Source: an uncultured Pseudobdellovibrionaceae bacterium (GTDB taxonomy: Bacteria; Pseudomonadota; Alphaproteobacteria; Micavibrionales; Micavibrionaceae). Taken from it: a stretch of 63,190 nucleotides of DNA. Each line of letters starts with the position of its first letter. The first letter of the stretch is position 1. Positions 38,490 through 48,540 of this stretch are shown here, piece after piece. The stretch lies in the NCBI GenBank assembly GCA_964654245.1, contig CAZZGO010000001.1, positions 1 through 63,190 of the forward strand, written 5' to 3'. Below the pieces are notes generated by a model that saw only the letters and a list, made by a program, of their open reading frames with translations, did no database searches and was not told the DNA's origin. The position numbers and the translations under genes are program-made.

Positions 38490-39653
38490 ATGAAACATGT
38501 CCTGATGACATCCTTGCCCCCGGAACTGACTGATCCTAACACACACCGTATTATGAATCTGTTAGGCGGGAATAGGCCTGAGCCCGAAACAATGTTTGTT
38601 GGCGGCGTTGTCCGCAACATGATTTTGGGGATACCCATAGGCGATGTAGATATGGCCACGCGGCTTACCCCGGATGACGTGATGTCACGCCTGACCCAAG
38701 ATAACATCACCGTTATCCCCACCGGTCTTGATCATGGCACGGTGACAGCCGTGATCAACAAGCGTCCCTATGAAATCACCACGTTAAGGCGGGATGTGGC
38801 AACCGATGGGCGGCGGGCGGACGTGGCCTTTACGGAGAGTTGGGATCAGGATTCCGCCCGGCGCGATTTTACGATGAATGCGCTTTATGCGGACATGCAA
38901 GGCCGCGTGTATGACCCGACAGGTCAAGGCATCTCGGATATCCGGGATCGCCGTGTTCGGTTTGTGGGGTCTGCGCATGCCCGTGTGGCCGAAGATTATT
39001 TGCGCATTTTACGTTTTTTCCGGTTTCATCTTTTTTATGGATGGGGGGAGCCGGACACAGAGGCACTTCAGGCCTGCCGCGAGGGTGCCAAAAACGTGAT
39101 GTCCTTGTCTCGGGAACGTATCACGCAGGAATTCAAGAAAATACTGGCGCACATGCAACCATTAACGGTTTTGTCCCAGATGTTTGATCTGGGGGTGTTA
39201 TCAGATCTCCCGGATCATGGGTATGACCCGCAAATCATGTCTCTTTATCACGGCGACGACGTGATCTTGCGTCTTTTTATGTTAGGGGGCATGAAAGATA
39301 GAGATATGTCCCGCTGGTTGATTTTGTCCGGGGCGGACAAGAAATCTCTCACGTTTCTGGCGCGTGCCCATGACTTCGTTAGGTCACGGGAGATGACAGA
39401 GGGGAGCGTTCGGGAAACAATGTATCGTTTTGGACGGGACGCCGCCCAGCGTGCCTGTCTGGCGATCCGTTTTCAGGAAGGCCAGAACGCGCTAAAGGCT
39501 TCTCTGCAGGCTCTTTTGACTGACGGGATCATCCCGGTTTTTCCCGTTCGGGGCGATGATTTGATCCGTGAGGGCATGAAACCCGGCCCCGAAATAGGTA
39601 ACCGATTGAAAGAGCTGGAAGAAAAATGGATTGCGAATGGCTTCAAGCTCTAG
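38490..39653 (+). CDS. cca: CCA tRNA nucleotidyltransferase / poly(A) polymerase family protein
   Basis: Start at ATG 38490. It has the head motif VGGVVRNMILGIPIGDVDMAT and TLRRDVATDGRRADVAFTESWDQDSARRDFTMNALY. Confidence 0.85.
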   Translation: MKHVLMTSLPPELTDPNTHRIMNLLGGNRPEPETMFVGGVVRNMILGIPIGDVDMATRLTPDDVMSRLTQDNITVIPTGLDHGTVTAVINKRPYEITTLRRDVATDGRRADVAFTESWDQDSARRDFTMNALYADMQGRVYDPTGQGISDIRDRRVRFVGSAHARVAEDYLRILRFFRFHLFYGWGEPDTEALQACREGAKNVMSLSRERITQEFKKILAHMQPLTVLSQMFDLGVLSDLPDHGYDPQIMSLYHGDDVILRLFMLGGMKDRDMSRWLILSGADKKSLTFLARAHDFVRSREMTEGSVRETMYRFGRDAAQRACLAIRFQEGQNALKASLQALLTDGIIPVFPVRGDDLIREGMKPGPEIGNRLKELEEKWIANGFKL

Positions 39654-39673
39654 TATTATTTACGTAATATACA

Positions 39674-40387
39674 ATGGATTTGCCCTCTATGACTATTCAT
39701 GTTCCTTTTAATCAAGCTGGTTACGAACGTGCGCCATTAACATCTGTAAAGCCAGCGCCTCGGTACCAACATATAGAGGATATTCTCACCCATGATCCTG
39801 AATGGGCGGGGCGATATCAGGTGCCACAATTCATCCATGATCTGATAAAGCGTATTCAACAATCTATACCCGTGCAGAGTGCCTTTTTATTCGGCGGTGC
39901 GATTGCTGACGCATTATCTGCGCGAACGCCTAAGGACTATGATTTATATATCTGTTCGCCTGAAGCGGTTAAATCTTATCAGACTGCGTTGGATGAGGGG
40001 GGATATGAAGAAGAGGGCACCCCGTTAGAGAGGTCATTGGGGTATAATTTTCCGACGTCTATTGATGGCGATGTTTCTGTGACACAAAAAACATCTGATG
40101 TTTTTGGAAACTATATTGAATTTACGTCAGGTTATTATGGCTCCGGCGGCCGGCATACGATCGACTTAAAAATCGGTTCTTTTCCAGTTGATCCTGCAAA
40201 TTTTTTATCTTGTATACCTACACCCATTTCTTGCGTTGCAGTAGACCTTATGCCCGGTGGCACGTGTTATTCTCACAAAGATTTCCTATCTGATTTATCT
40301 CAAGGGATCATGCGTTTATCGCGTACCCCAAGGCCCGATGATTTGGAGAAATCCCGCAGAAAGGGGTTAAGGATTATAGCCCCTTAG
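39674..40387 (+). CDS. hypothetical protein with a pol-beta/CCA-head-like nucleotidyltransferase motif
   Basis: 237 aa. FLFGGAIADALSARTPKDYDLYICSPEAV parallels GGxVRDxLLGxxxKDxDxxx of class II CCA/poly(A) enzymes. No neck or body motifs (RRD etc.) are visible. Confidence 0.4.
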   Translation: MDLPSMTIHVPFNQAGYERAPLTSVKPAPRYQHIEDILTHDPEWAGRYQVPQFIHDLIKRIQQSIPVQSAFLFGGAIADALSARTPKDYDLYICSPEAVKSYQTALDEGGYEEEGTPLERSLGYNFPTSIDGDVSVTQKTSDVFGNYIEFTSGYYGSGGRHTIDLKIGSFPVDPANFLSCIPTPISCVAVDLMPGGTCYSHKDFLSDLSQGIMRLSRTPRPDDLEKSRRKGLRIIAP

Positions 40388-40401
40388 ACAATTCCGCCTT
40401 G

Positions 40402-41322
40402 CTACGGCCATTTGACCTCGGGGGGTAGTGACATCAGGATGGCCTCAGTATTGCCCCCGGATTTAAGCCCGAACTGCGTCCCCCGGTCATATAAAAGATT
40501 ATATTCCACATATCGCCCGCGTTTGATGAGCTGATGTTCACGTTGTTCGGCTGTCCAGCTTTTGTCCATGTGACGGCGGACGATCTTAGGATAGATGTCT
40601 AAGAAAGTCTTGCCCACATCTTGGGTAAAGGCGAAGTCTGTCTCCCACGACCCCGTGTCATGATAATCATAAAAAATACCGCCAATACCGCGTGGTTCCT
40701 GACGATGGGGCAAGAAGAAATACTCATCACACCATTGTTTGAATTTGGGATAAAAGCCCGTGTCATATCGATCGCAGGTCTGTTTAAAGGCGAAATGAAA
40801 ATCAGCCGTATCAGCTTCGTCCGGATACATGGGGGTTAAATCCGCCCCGCCGCCAAACCATCCTTTCGACGTGACAATCATGCGGGTGTTCATGTGAACG
40901 GCAGGCACCAGCGGAGAGCGCATATGTGCCACCAATGAAATGCCAGAGGCCCAAAATTGGCCGTCTTTTTCCGCACCCGGAATCTGCGCCCGAAAGGCGG
41001 GTGAAAAAATACCATGAACCGTTGAAATATTGACGCCGACTTTTTCAAATACTCTGCCCTTCATGAGCGAGACTTCGCCGCCCCCCTTTAGAACAGACCC
41101 GGATGAATTTTCTGTCTGATCCGCCCGAACCCATGGTTTGCGTTCAAATCGTCCGGCGGGCATATCCTGTGTGTTGCCACCAGTTAATGAATCCTCCAGC
41201 CCTTCAAAGGCGGTGCAAATATCATCTCGCAATGATTTAAACCACGCAGAGGCTGTTTCTTTATGTTGCTCCCACACGGCGAGGTTGGATACGCCCGGAG
41301 CAGGGTATATGGCGGCGGTCAT
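40402..41322 (-). CDS. hemF: oxygen-dependent coproporphyrinogen III oxidase HemF
   Basis: The ORF was trimmed to ATG 41322. It has [14 protein letters not shown]..., GIGGIFYD and [15 protein letters not shown]. Confidence 0.92.
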   Translation of the reverse strand: MTAAIYPAPGVSNLAVWEQHKETASAWFKSLRDDICTAFEGLEDSLTGGNTQDMPAGRFERKPWVRADQTENSSGSVLKGGGEVSLMKGRVFEKVGVNISTVHGIFSPAFRAQIPGAEKDGQFWASGISLVAHMRSPLVPAVHMNTRMIVTSKGWFGGGADLTPMYPDEADTADFHFAFKQTCDRYDTGFYPKFKQWCDEYFFLPHRQEPRGIGGIFYDYHDTGSWETDFAFTQDVGKTFLDIYPKIVRRHMDKSWTAEQREHQLIKRGRYVEYNLLYDRGTQFGLKSGGNTEAILMSLPPEVKWP

Positions 41323-41795
41323 GAGTATGTCTCCGTTGGATGTTCTAAAGGAATTCTCGTTTGTCTCAAGGCTTCCCCCATGACCATGGCACAGGCGTTG
41401 ATCACATTCAAAGACCGGAGCTGACGCGCCATGGGAATGGTAACCTGGTGGGGAACGGATTGATGCACGTCCGGGGGAACGCCGGCACTTTCCCGTCCTG
41501 CCATCAGAATGTCCCCCGGCTCGAAGGCAAAATCCCAATAGGGCAGGGTGGTTTTGGTTGTCATCAGGATGATGCGCCGTGATTCAGCGTTTTTTTGAAA
41601 GTCAGGCCAAGAATCATGCCGGGTTAAAACCACGTGATCCCGGTAATCCAAGGCGGCCGTTCTGATTTTTCGTTCATCCCAGGGAAAGCCGCAGGGTTCA
41701 ATGATATGCAAAGGAATGCCCAAACCCGCACTCAGCCGTATAGCAGAGCCGACATTACCGGGGATATCCGGTTGATACAGGGCAAGTGAAATCAT
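41319..41795 (-). CDS. trmL: tRNA (cytidine/uridine-2'-O)-methyltransferase TrmL (SpoU family)
   Basis: The ORF was trimmed to ATG 41795 ([37 protein letters not shown]...[11 protein letters not shown]...[18 protein letters not shown]). The stop overlaps the hemF start. Confidence 0.85.
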   Translation of the reverse strand: MISLALYQPDIPGNVGSAIRLSAGLGIPLHIIEPCGFPWDERKIRTAALDYRDHVVLTRHDSWPDFQKNAESRRIILMTTKTTLPYWDFAFEPGDILMAGRESAGVPPDVHQSVPHQVTIPMARQLRSLNVINACAMVMGEALRQTRIPLEHPTETYS

Positions 41796-41924
41796 AATCA
41801 AGGCCTTATCGCATAGGGATAATTTAAAAGAAACCCTAGAAATACCCCCTTGTTTTGGGTAGGTATAGAGTGTTATTTCATATTCGGCCATTTTCATGGC
41901 CATGTACTTTAACCCTTAAGGGAC

Positions 41925-42485
41925 ATGTTTTTAACCATGACTGCAGATAACGCCCATTCTCCCTCTGAAGACGGTAGCACCCGCCGCGATTTCCTTTATT
42001 TAACGGCGGCGGCTTTTGGCGCGGTCGGTGCCGGATCGGTGGCGTGGCCATTTATCAACCAGATGAACCCGGCCGCGGATACGCTGGCCATGTCCACCAC
42101 GGAAGTGGATCTGGCGCCTATCGAAGTTGGTCAATCGATTACCGTGATGTGGCGGGGCAAACCTGTTTTTATCCGCCACCGCACGCCCGAAGAAATTGCC
42201 GAAGCCGAAGCCGTGGATGTCTCCAGCCTGCGTGATAAAGAAACAGACCAACAACGCGCCGAAAAACCGGCGTGGCTTGTCACGGTTGGGGTCTGTACCC
42301 ATCTGGGATGTGTGCCGCTGGGGCAAAAGACGGGCGATGCCAAGGGGGAATATGGCGGGTGGTTCTGCCCATGCCATGGATCCCACTACGATACATCCGG
42401 CAGAATTCGCAAAGGCCCCGCCCCTAAAAATCTGGCCGTGCCGCCTTATACCTTTACCACCGATACAACCATTAAAATTGGGTAG
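41925..42485 (+). CDS. petA: ubiquinol-cytochrome c reductase Rieske iron-sulfur subunit
   Basis: 186 aa with a Tat-type [19 protein letters not shown] and the Rieske boxes CTHLGCVP and CPCHGSHYD. Confidence 0.93.
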   Translation: MFLTMTADNAHSPSEDGSTRRDFLYLTAAAFGAVGAGSVAWPFINQMNPAADTLAMSTTEVDLAPIEVGQSITVMWRGKPVFIRHRTPEEIAEAEAVDVSSLRDKETDQQRAEKPAWLVTVGVCTHLGCVPLGQKTGDAKGEYGGWFCPCHGSHYDTSGRIRKGPAPKNLAVPPYTFTTDTTIKIG

Positions 42486-42496
42486 GAGTTTTTCCC

Positions 42497-43777
42497 ATGG
42501 CCTCAGGTTCGCGTCAAAAATTTGATAATCCGGTGATTGAATGGGTCGATAGCCGTCTGCCGATCTTTACCCTGATCAATAAAGAATATGGTGTTTTTCC
42601 GACGCCGCGCAATTTCAACTATTTCTGGAATTTTGGGGCGATTGCCATGGTCATGCTGGTGACCATGATTGTCACCGGTATTACACTGGCGATGCATTAT
42701 AATACGTCCACCGCGGGGGCATTCGATTCTGTGGAACGGATTATGCGGGATGTGAATAGCGGCTGGCTTATTCGTTATCTTCATATGAATGGGGCGTCTT
42801 TCTTTTTTATTGCCGTCTATATCCATATTTTCCGCGGCATGTATTACGGGTCTTATAAAAAACCCCGCGAACTTCTGTGGATGCTGGGTGTTCTGATTTT
42901 CCTGCTGATGATGGCAACGGCGTTCATGGGGTACGTGCTTCCATGGGGGCAGATGTCTTTCTGGGGGGCGACGGTCATCACGAATCTTTTCTCGGCCATC
43001 CCACTGGTGGGGGATTCGATCGTGACGTTCCTGTGGGGTGGTTTTTCGGTTGATAACCCGACACTCACACGCTTTTTCGCCCTGCATTATCTGCTTCCGT
43101 TTGTGATTGTGGGGGTTGTCTTCCTTCACGTCTGGGCGTTGCATGTGACGGGTTCTAACAATCCGCTGGGGATTGATGTAAAAGGCCCGCAGGATACCTT
43201 ACCTTTCCATCCGTATTACACCATGAAAGATACTTTCGGGATTTTGGTTTTCCTCATCGTGTATGTGGCATTTGTGTTCTTCATGCCCAACGCGCTGGGG
43301 CACCCGGACAATTACATTCCGGCCAACCCCATGGTCACACCGGCCCACATTGTGCCAGAGTGGTATTTCCTGCCGTTCTATGCCATCTTGCGCGCCATCA
43401 CCTTTGATATCGGCATACCGTTCACGGACATCGTTTTCATCGAAGCCAAATTAGGCGGCGTGCTGGCGATGTTTGGGTCAATTGCCATGCTGTTTATCCT
43501 GCCGTTTTTGGATACGCATCCGATCCGGAGTGCGACGTTCCGCCCGTGGTATCGCATGGCACTGTTTGGGTTTGTCGTGGTCTTTTTGATACTCGGGGTG
43601 TGTGGCTCCAAGCCGGCCGAAGGGTTCTGGGTGCCGCTGTCTCAATTATGCACGTTGCTGTATTTTGCTTTTTTTGTGGTGGCTATTCCGTTTTTCAACA
43701 AAAAAGAACCTGTGGCTGAACTCCCGCCGAGCATTCATCAGGCCGTGCTAAAATCTCAACCCGTGGCCGCCGAATAA
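42497..43777 (+). CDS. petB: cytochrome b
   Basis: 426 aa with [30 protein letters not shown] and [13 protein letters not shown]. Confidence 0.95.
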   Translation: MASGSRQKFDNPVIEWVDSRLPIFTLINKEYGVFPTPRNFNYFWNFGAIAMVMLVTMIVTGITLAMHYNTSTAGAFDSVERIMRDVNSGWLIRYLHMNGASFFFIAVYIHIFRGMYYGSYKKPRELLWMLGVLIFLLMMATAFMGYVLPWGQMSFWGATVITNLFSAIPLVGDSIVTFLWGGFSVDNPTLTRFFALHYLLPFVIVGVVFLHVWALHVTGSNNPLGIDVKGPQDTLPFHPYYTMKDTFGILVFLIVYVAFVFFMPNALGHPDNYIPANPMVTPAHIVPEWYFLPFYAILRAITFDIGIPFTDIVFIEAKLGGVLAMFGSIAMLFILPFLDTHPIRSATFRPWYRMALFGFVVVFLILGVCGSKPAEGFWVPLSQLCTLLYFAFFVVAIPFFNKKEPVAELPPSIHQAVLKSQPVAAE

Positions 43778-43789
43778 AGGATATCTGAC

Positions 43790-44551
43790 ATGAGAAAAAA
43801 AATACTTGCCGCGGCGTTGCTGTTTTCCATGATTGGCTTTTCTTCCGCCCATGCGGCCGGGGAGTCTATCGAATACCCGGACGTCAAATGGTCATTTGAA
43901 GGCCCTTTTGGCACATTTGACCGCGCCGCCCTTCAGCGCGGATTTCAGGTGTATAAACAGGTATGTTCGGCATGCCATGGCATGAAAAAACTCCATTACC
44001 GCAACTTATCGGCGCTGGGTTATAACGAAGATGAAATTAAAACCATTGCGGCCGAATACCAGATTACGGATGGCCCCAATGATGAAGGTGATATGTTTGA
44101 CCGTCCCGGGCGTCCGTCAGACCGGTTTAAATCCCCGTACCCGAATGATAATGCCGGAAAATTTGCCAACAATGGCGCCTTGCCGCCGGATTTATCGCTG
44201 ATGATCAAGGCGCGTAAAGACGGCGCAGATTATGTGCATGCGCTATTGACCGGGTATGAAACACCGCCCGAAGGTGAGGAATTATTGAACGGCCAACATT
44301 GGAACAAATATTTCGCAGGGCATAAAATTGCCATGGCCGCCCCCTTGGCCGATGGTGCGGTATCCTATGAGGATGGCACCGAAGGTACCGTGGAGCAATA
44401 TTCATTGGATGTAACGCATTTCCTGGCATGGGCGGCAGAGCCTGAAATGGAAAAACGTAAACAAACAGGCATTAAGGTCATTTTGTTCTTGCTGGCCTTT
44501 GCGGGGATTATGTATGCCGTGAAACGCAAAATCTGGAGCAAGGTGCATTAA
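43790..44551 (+). CDS. petC: cytochrome c1
   Basis: 253 aa with a signal peptide, the heme motif CSACHG, PPDLSLM, and a C-terminal TM anchor (IKVILFLLAFAGIMYAV). Confidence 0.92.
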   Translation: MRKKILAAALLFSMIGFSSAHAAGESIEYPDVKWSFEGPFGTFDRAALQRGFQVYKQVCSACHGMKKLHYRNLSALGYNEDEIKTIAAEYQITDGPNDEGDMFDRPGRPSDRFKSPYPNDNAGKFANNGALPPDLSLMIKARKDGADYVHALLTGYETPPEGEELLNGQHWNKYFAGHKIAMAAPLADGAVSYEDGTEGTVEQYSLDVTHFLAWAAEPEMEKRKQTGIKVILFLLAFAGIMYAVKRKIWSKVH

Positions 44552-44552
44552 C

Positions 44553-44843
44553 ATGGCTGGATCTTCAACGTCTTCCATATCTCGGGAAAAACTACGGGAG
44601 ATGTTGATCCGGTCAAAATTTTACCGGCTGGCGGCCAGTGTTTTTGCCCTTGTCGGGATTGGCTTGTTGATGGTGCTGATGTCCCAATATATCCAAGGGG
44701 ATATGTTCTCCGCACTCAAAGACCCTTTTATCCTGCTTATTTTGGTCATTCCTTTTATGCCGGCAGTCGTTTTGTCGTGGCTGGCCACCAAGGCGGAAAA
44801 GAAATTCAACGACGCGCTTGAATCCCTCGAGAAGTCGTCCTAA
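44553..44843 (+). CDS. small two-TM membrane protein, translationally coupled to petC (copy 1)
   Basis: 96 aa. The ATG lies 1 nt after the petC TAA. Two hydrophobic helices are present (LAASVFALVGIGLLMVLM and FILLILVIPFMPAVVLSWLA). Confidence 0.55.
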   Translation: MAGSSTSSISREKLREMLIRSKFYRLAASVFALVGIGLLMVLMSQYIQGDMFSALKDPFILLILVIPFMPAVVLSWLATKAEKKFNDALESLEKSS

Positions 44844-44852
44844 ATTTGACGT

Positions 44853-45404
44853 ATGAACGATTCACAGGATGATGTCCTGACCTTCTGGTTTGAAGAAACT
44901 CAGCCCGCGCAATGGTTTCAGGTCAATCCCGATTTTGATCAAGCGGTGCGTGATCGTTTTTCAGACACGTATGACAAGGGACAACGCGGTATTCTGGATG
45001 ATTGGCGACGGGATGCGGATGGGTGTCTGGCGCTCTGTCTGGTGTTAGATCAATTTCCCCGGAATATGTTTCGCGGTACATCCCAGGCATTTGCCACGGA
45101 TGCCAAGGCACTGGTGGTATCAAAATATGCCGTGGCCAAGGGGTTTGATCAGGTATTGCCGCCCTTGAAACGCCGTTTTCTTTATTTACCCTATGAGCAT
45201 AGTGAGCATTTGGGCGATCAGCGAAAATGTGTCGAACTATTCGAAAAGATGAAAAAAGATGATCCGCTGGGGCATGAATATGCGCTCAAGCACCTCAAGG
45301 TGATTGAACTTTATGGCCGCTTTCCCCACCGTAACAAAATTTTAGGCCGGATGAATACCCCGGAAGAAGAGACCTATCTTGCGCAGGCGGGCGCAGGCTT
45401 TTAG
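44853..45404 (+). CDS. DUF924-family protein (copy 1)
   Basis: 183 aa. VLTFWFEE...WF...DFDQAVRDRF...LVLDQFPRNMFRG...FLYLPYEHSE...IELYGRFPHRN matches the DUF924 pattern. Confidence 0.7.
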   Translation: MNDSQDDVLTFWFEETQPAQWFQVNPDFDQAVRDRFSDTYDKGQRGILDDWRRDADGCLALCLVLDQFPRNMFRGTSQAFATDAKALVVSKYAVAKGFDQVLPPLKRRFLYLPYEHSEHLGDQRKCVELFEKMKKDDPLGHEYALKHLKVIELYGRFPHRNKILGRMNTPEEETYLAQAGAGF

Positions 45405-45436
45405 AATCATATGAATTTTAAGGAGTCTCTGAACTG

Positions 45437-47122
45437 ATGACACCCACCATAGTGCTCATACATATTATTGCTGGCGTATGCCTTTTGTTGTGGGGGGTCA
45501 AGCTCCTTCGCTCTGGTGTGACCAAGGGGTTTGGGGCTTTGTTGCGCCGCGTGCTCTCCGCGAGTACCAGTAATAGATACAAATCTTTCTTATCCGGACT
45601 CGTGATTACGACGTTTCTGCAAAGCTCTATGGCGACCACGTTGATTGTGTCGTCTTTTGCGGGGCAGGGGATGATTACGGCGGGGATGGGCATTGCGGTT
45701 GTCTTAGGGGCAGATGTCGGGACGACGCTCGTGGCACAGGCACTCTCACTCAATATGGGGCTTCTTTCGCCTATTCTTATGATTGTCGGCTATGTTCTGT
45801 ATTCCTTTGAATCAAATGGGAAGTTAAAAAACCTTGGCCGAATTGCCGTTGGGCTATCCCTCATGATCATGGCACTCGCCTTGATCCGTGAAGGGGCAGA
45901 GCCTCTGAAAGACTCCGAAACATTGCCGCTTATTTTGGCACCTTTGGAAAGCGATCCGTTCTTTGCGGTACTTGTCGCGGCGTTGCTCACGTGGATTGCC
46001 CACTCATCTCTGGCGATCGTGTTATTGTTGATGTCGCTGGTGGCCGGCGGTGCCTTGCCCATGATGCTGGGGCTTTATATGGTATTGGGCGCTAATGTGG
46101 GGGGGACGATTGCTCCCTTAATCGCGACACTCCGCGATAACCCCAACGCGCTTCGTATTCCGCTGGGGAATATGTTGATACGGGTGATTGGCGTGTGCGC
46201 GGCTATTCCCTTTTTACATTATATACATCCGCTTTTGTTCGAAATTGACCCCACCCCGGAACGGGAAATTGTCAACTTCCACTTGGCTTTTAATTTGGCG
46301 TTGGCCATCGTATTCCTGCCCTTTGTCAATATCATCAGTGAATTGTTAAAACGGGCATTGCCGGATCGGCTTCAGCCCGAAGAGCCCGGAAAATCAAAAT
46401 ATCTGAATGACAAGGATCTGGACACGCCTTCTGTGGCTTTGTCATCGGCGATGCGGGAAACCTTACGCATGGCCGACCTGATGGAAAAGATGCTTCAGGA
46501 TACCATGACGGTTTTCAAGACCAATGACGAACGTCTGCTGGATAAAATCAAGGAAGAAGATAATACGCTGGATCAAATTTATGGCCAGATTAAAAACTAT
46601 ATGGCGCGGCTGACCCAAGGGTCCATGGATAAAAAAGAGGCGGCACGTTATTTCCAGATTTTAATGTTCTCCACCAATTTGGAACATGCCGGGGATGTCA
46701 TTGATAAAAACCTGATGCCGCTCGCGCAGAAGAAAATTAAAAACCAGTTTAGTTTCTCGCCGGAAGGATTAAAAGAAATTGAGCATATGCACGGCTTGAT
46801 TGTCGAAAGCGTGAGGCTGGCGCAATCTGTTTTTGTCTCACAGGATGTGAATATGGCGCGTAAAATGCTGGAGGACAAAGATATCATCCGCAAAGCCGAA
46901 ACAGACGGTATGTCCACGCATATTGAGCGTCTTCGCGGCGGGGTGCCGGAGACAATTGCAACCAGCTCACTTCATTTAGACATCATTCGTGATTATCGCC
47001 GCATTAACACCTATATGTGCACCGTGGCGTATCCGATCCTTGAGGAAAAAGGACAAATCAACCCAAGCCGCCTAAGACCGCAAGAAATAAAAATGACCTT
47101 GGATGATGAGGTGAAATTATGA
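45437..47122 (+). CDS. Na/Pi cotransporter family protein with PhoU-like C-terminal domain (copy 1)
   Basis: 561 aa with duplicated transporter repeats (LGADVGTT and LGANVGGT) and C-terminal helical PhoU-like repeats. The stop overlaps the ALDH start (ATGA). Confidence 0.8.
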   Translation: MTPTIVLIHIIAGVCLLLWGVKLLRSGVTKGFGALLRRVLSASTSNRYKSFLSGLVITTFLQSSMATTLIVSSFAGQGMITAGMGIAVVLGADVGTTLVAQALSLNMGLLSPILMIVGYVLYSFESNGKLKNLGRIAVGLSLMIMALALIREGAEPLKDSETLPLILAPLESDPFFAVLVAALLTWIAHSSLAIVLLLMSLVAGGALPMMLGLYMVLGANVGGTIAPLIATLRDNPNALRIPLGNMLIRVIGVCAAIPFLHYIHPLLFEIDPTPEREIVNFHLAFNLALAIVFLPFVNIISELLKRALPDRLQPEEPGKSKYLNDKDLDTPSVALSSAMRETLRMADLMEKMLQDTMTVFKTNDERLLDKIKEEDNTLDQIYGQIKNYMARLTQGSMDKKEAARYFQILMFSTNLEHAGDVIDKNLMPLAQKKIKNQFSFSPEGLKEIEHMHGLIVESVRLAQSVFVSQDVNMARKMLEDKDIIRKAETDGMSTHIERLRGGVPETIATSSLHLDIIRDYRRINTYMCTVAYPILEEKGQINPSRLRPQEIKMTLDDEVKL

Positions 47123-48084
47123 GTACCCTCTATCAGGAAATTTTATCGGCTAATGGTTTAAATGGGCTTAAAACAGGTGGTCTGGTTGTCCGCACACCCA
47201 TAGATGGGACGGTTTTGGCTAAACTCTCCACCCAAACCCCGGCACAGGTTGTGTCGGCGGTTAAAAAATCCCAGTCTGCTTTTTTATCATGGCGCACGGT
47301 ACCCGCACCTGTGCGCGGGGAATTGATACGTTTATGGGGCGAAGAATTACGCCGGGAAAAAGAAAATCTGGGTAAACTCATTACGCTTGAATGCGGAAAA
47401 ATCCTCTCTGAGGGGCGCGGCGAAGTTCAGGAAATGATTGATATCTGCGATTTTGCCGTGGGATTGTCCCGCCAGCTATATGGTCTGACGATTGCGTCGG
47501 AACGTCCCGGTCATCATATGCGTGAAACATGGCAACCTCTAGGGACAATCGGCGTGATCACGGCCTTTAATTTTCCGGCCGCCGTGTGGGCGTGGAATAC
47601 GGCTCTTGCCATTATTTGTGGAAACCCGGTCATTTGGAAACCTTCGGAAAAAACGCCCCTGACAGCAATATCCTGCGCGCGTATTTTTGATCGTTCCATT
47701 AAACGGTTTCGTGAAAATGGACAGGCGGTTCCTGAACATCTCTCTCAGGTGATCATCGGCGGCGCAGAGGCAGGGCAGGTGTTGGTGGATCATCCCCATG
47801 TTCCCCTAATCAGTGCCACGGGGAGCACCCGTATGGGGCGTATCGTGGGGGAACGTGTGGCCAGACGTTTGGGTAAATCGCTTTTGGAATTGGGCGGCAA
47901 TAACGCCATGGTGGTCACGCCCACGGCGGATTTGGATATGGCGGTTCGTGCTATTTTATTCGGCGCGGTGGGTACGGCAGGACAACGTTGTACAACCTTG
48001 CGCCGGTTGATTGTGCATCGTTCAATCAAAACAAAACTTCTATCTGCGTTGAAAAAAGCCTATGGATCTATCCGCGTGGGCTCC
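47119..48084 (+). pseudogene. 5' fragment (about 321 codons) of the ALDH7-like aldehyde dehydrogenase, truncated at the duplication junction
   Basis: Identical to 50807..51772 of the intact copy. After ...YGSIRVGS the frame runs into the filler and out-of-frame petC sequence (track ORF 47119..48210). Confidence 0.9.
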
Positions 48085-48103
48085 GCGGCGCAGACTTCCT
48101 TGT
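48085..48103 (+). other. 19-nt filler at the duplication junction
   Basis: gcggcgcagacttccttgt is present in neither parental context (ALDH continues ccttaaaccc at 51773; petC has ...ggatgtaac before 44416). Confidence 0.9.
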
Positions 48104-48239
48104 GCATTTCCTGGCATGGGCGGCAGAGCCTGAAATGGAAAAACGTAAACAAACAGGCATTAAGGTCATTTTGTTCTTGCTGGCCTTTGCGGGGATTATG
48201 TATGCCGTGAAACGCAAAATCTGGAGCAAGGTGCATTAA
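48104..48239 (+). pseudogene. duplicated 3' fragment of petC (last 44 codons plus stop)
   Basis: Identical to 44416..44551. It encodes HFLAWAAEPEMEKRKQTGIKVILFLLAFAGIMYAVKRKIWSKVH without the heme domain. Confidence 0.9.
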
Positions 48240-48240
48240 C

Positions 48241-48531
48241 ATGGCTGGATCTTCAACGTCTTCCATATCTCGGGAAAAACTACGGGAGATGTTGATCCGG
48301 TCAAAATTTTACCGGCTGGCGGCCAGTGTTTTTGCCCTTGTCGGGATTGGCTTGTTGATGGTGCTGATGTCCCAATATATCCAAGGGGATATGTTCTCCG
48401 CACTCAAAGACCCTTTTATCCTGCTTATTTTGGTCATTCCTTTTATGCCGGCAGTCGTTTTGTCGTGGCTGGCCACCAAGGCGGAAAAGAAATTCAACGA
48501 CGCGCTTGAATCCCTCGAGAAGTCGTCCTAA
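48241..48531 (+). CDS. small two-TM membrane protein (copy 2)
   Basis: Translation is identical to 44553..44843. Confidence 0.5.
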   Translation: MAGSSTSSISREKLREMLIRSKFYRLAASVFALVGIGLLMVLMSQYIQGDMFSALKDPFILLILVIPFMPAVVLSWLATKAEKKFNDALESLEKSS

Positions 48532-48540
48532 ATTTGACGT

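Larger units (their letters stand above)
44416..48084 (+). repeat. tandem direct repeat, copy A (3,669 bp)
   Basis: Offset of 3,688 nt to copy B. Both ends and about 450 nt were compared base by base and are identical. All six-frame ORF translations inside are identical between the copies. Confidence 0.95.

Noticed and set aside
42503-43144. 213-aa His/Arg-rich ORF antisense to petB
   Set aside because: It lies entirely inside the strongly conserved cytochrome b gene on the opposite strand and has a low-complexity composition. It is a shadow ORF.
47988-48239. 83-aa ORF ending in the cytochrome c1 membrane anchor as a genuine gene
   Set aside because: Its N-terminal half is an out-of-frame read of the ALDH fragment and the filler. 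It exists only because of the duplication junction. It is reported as a by-product in the findings, not as a CDS.
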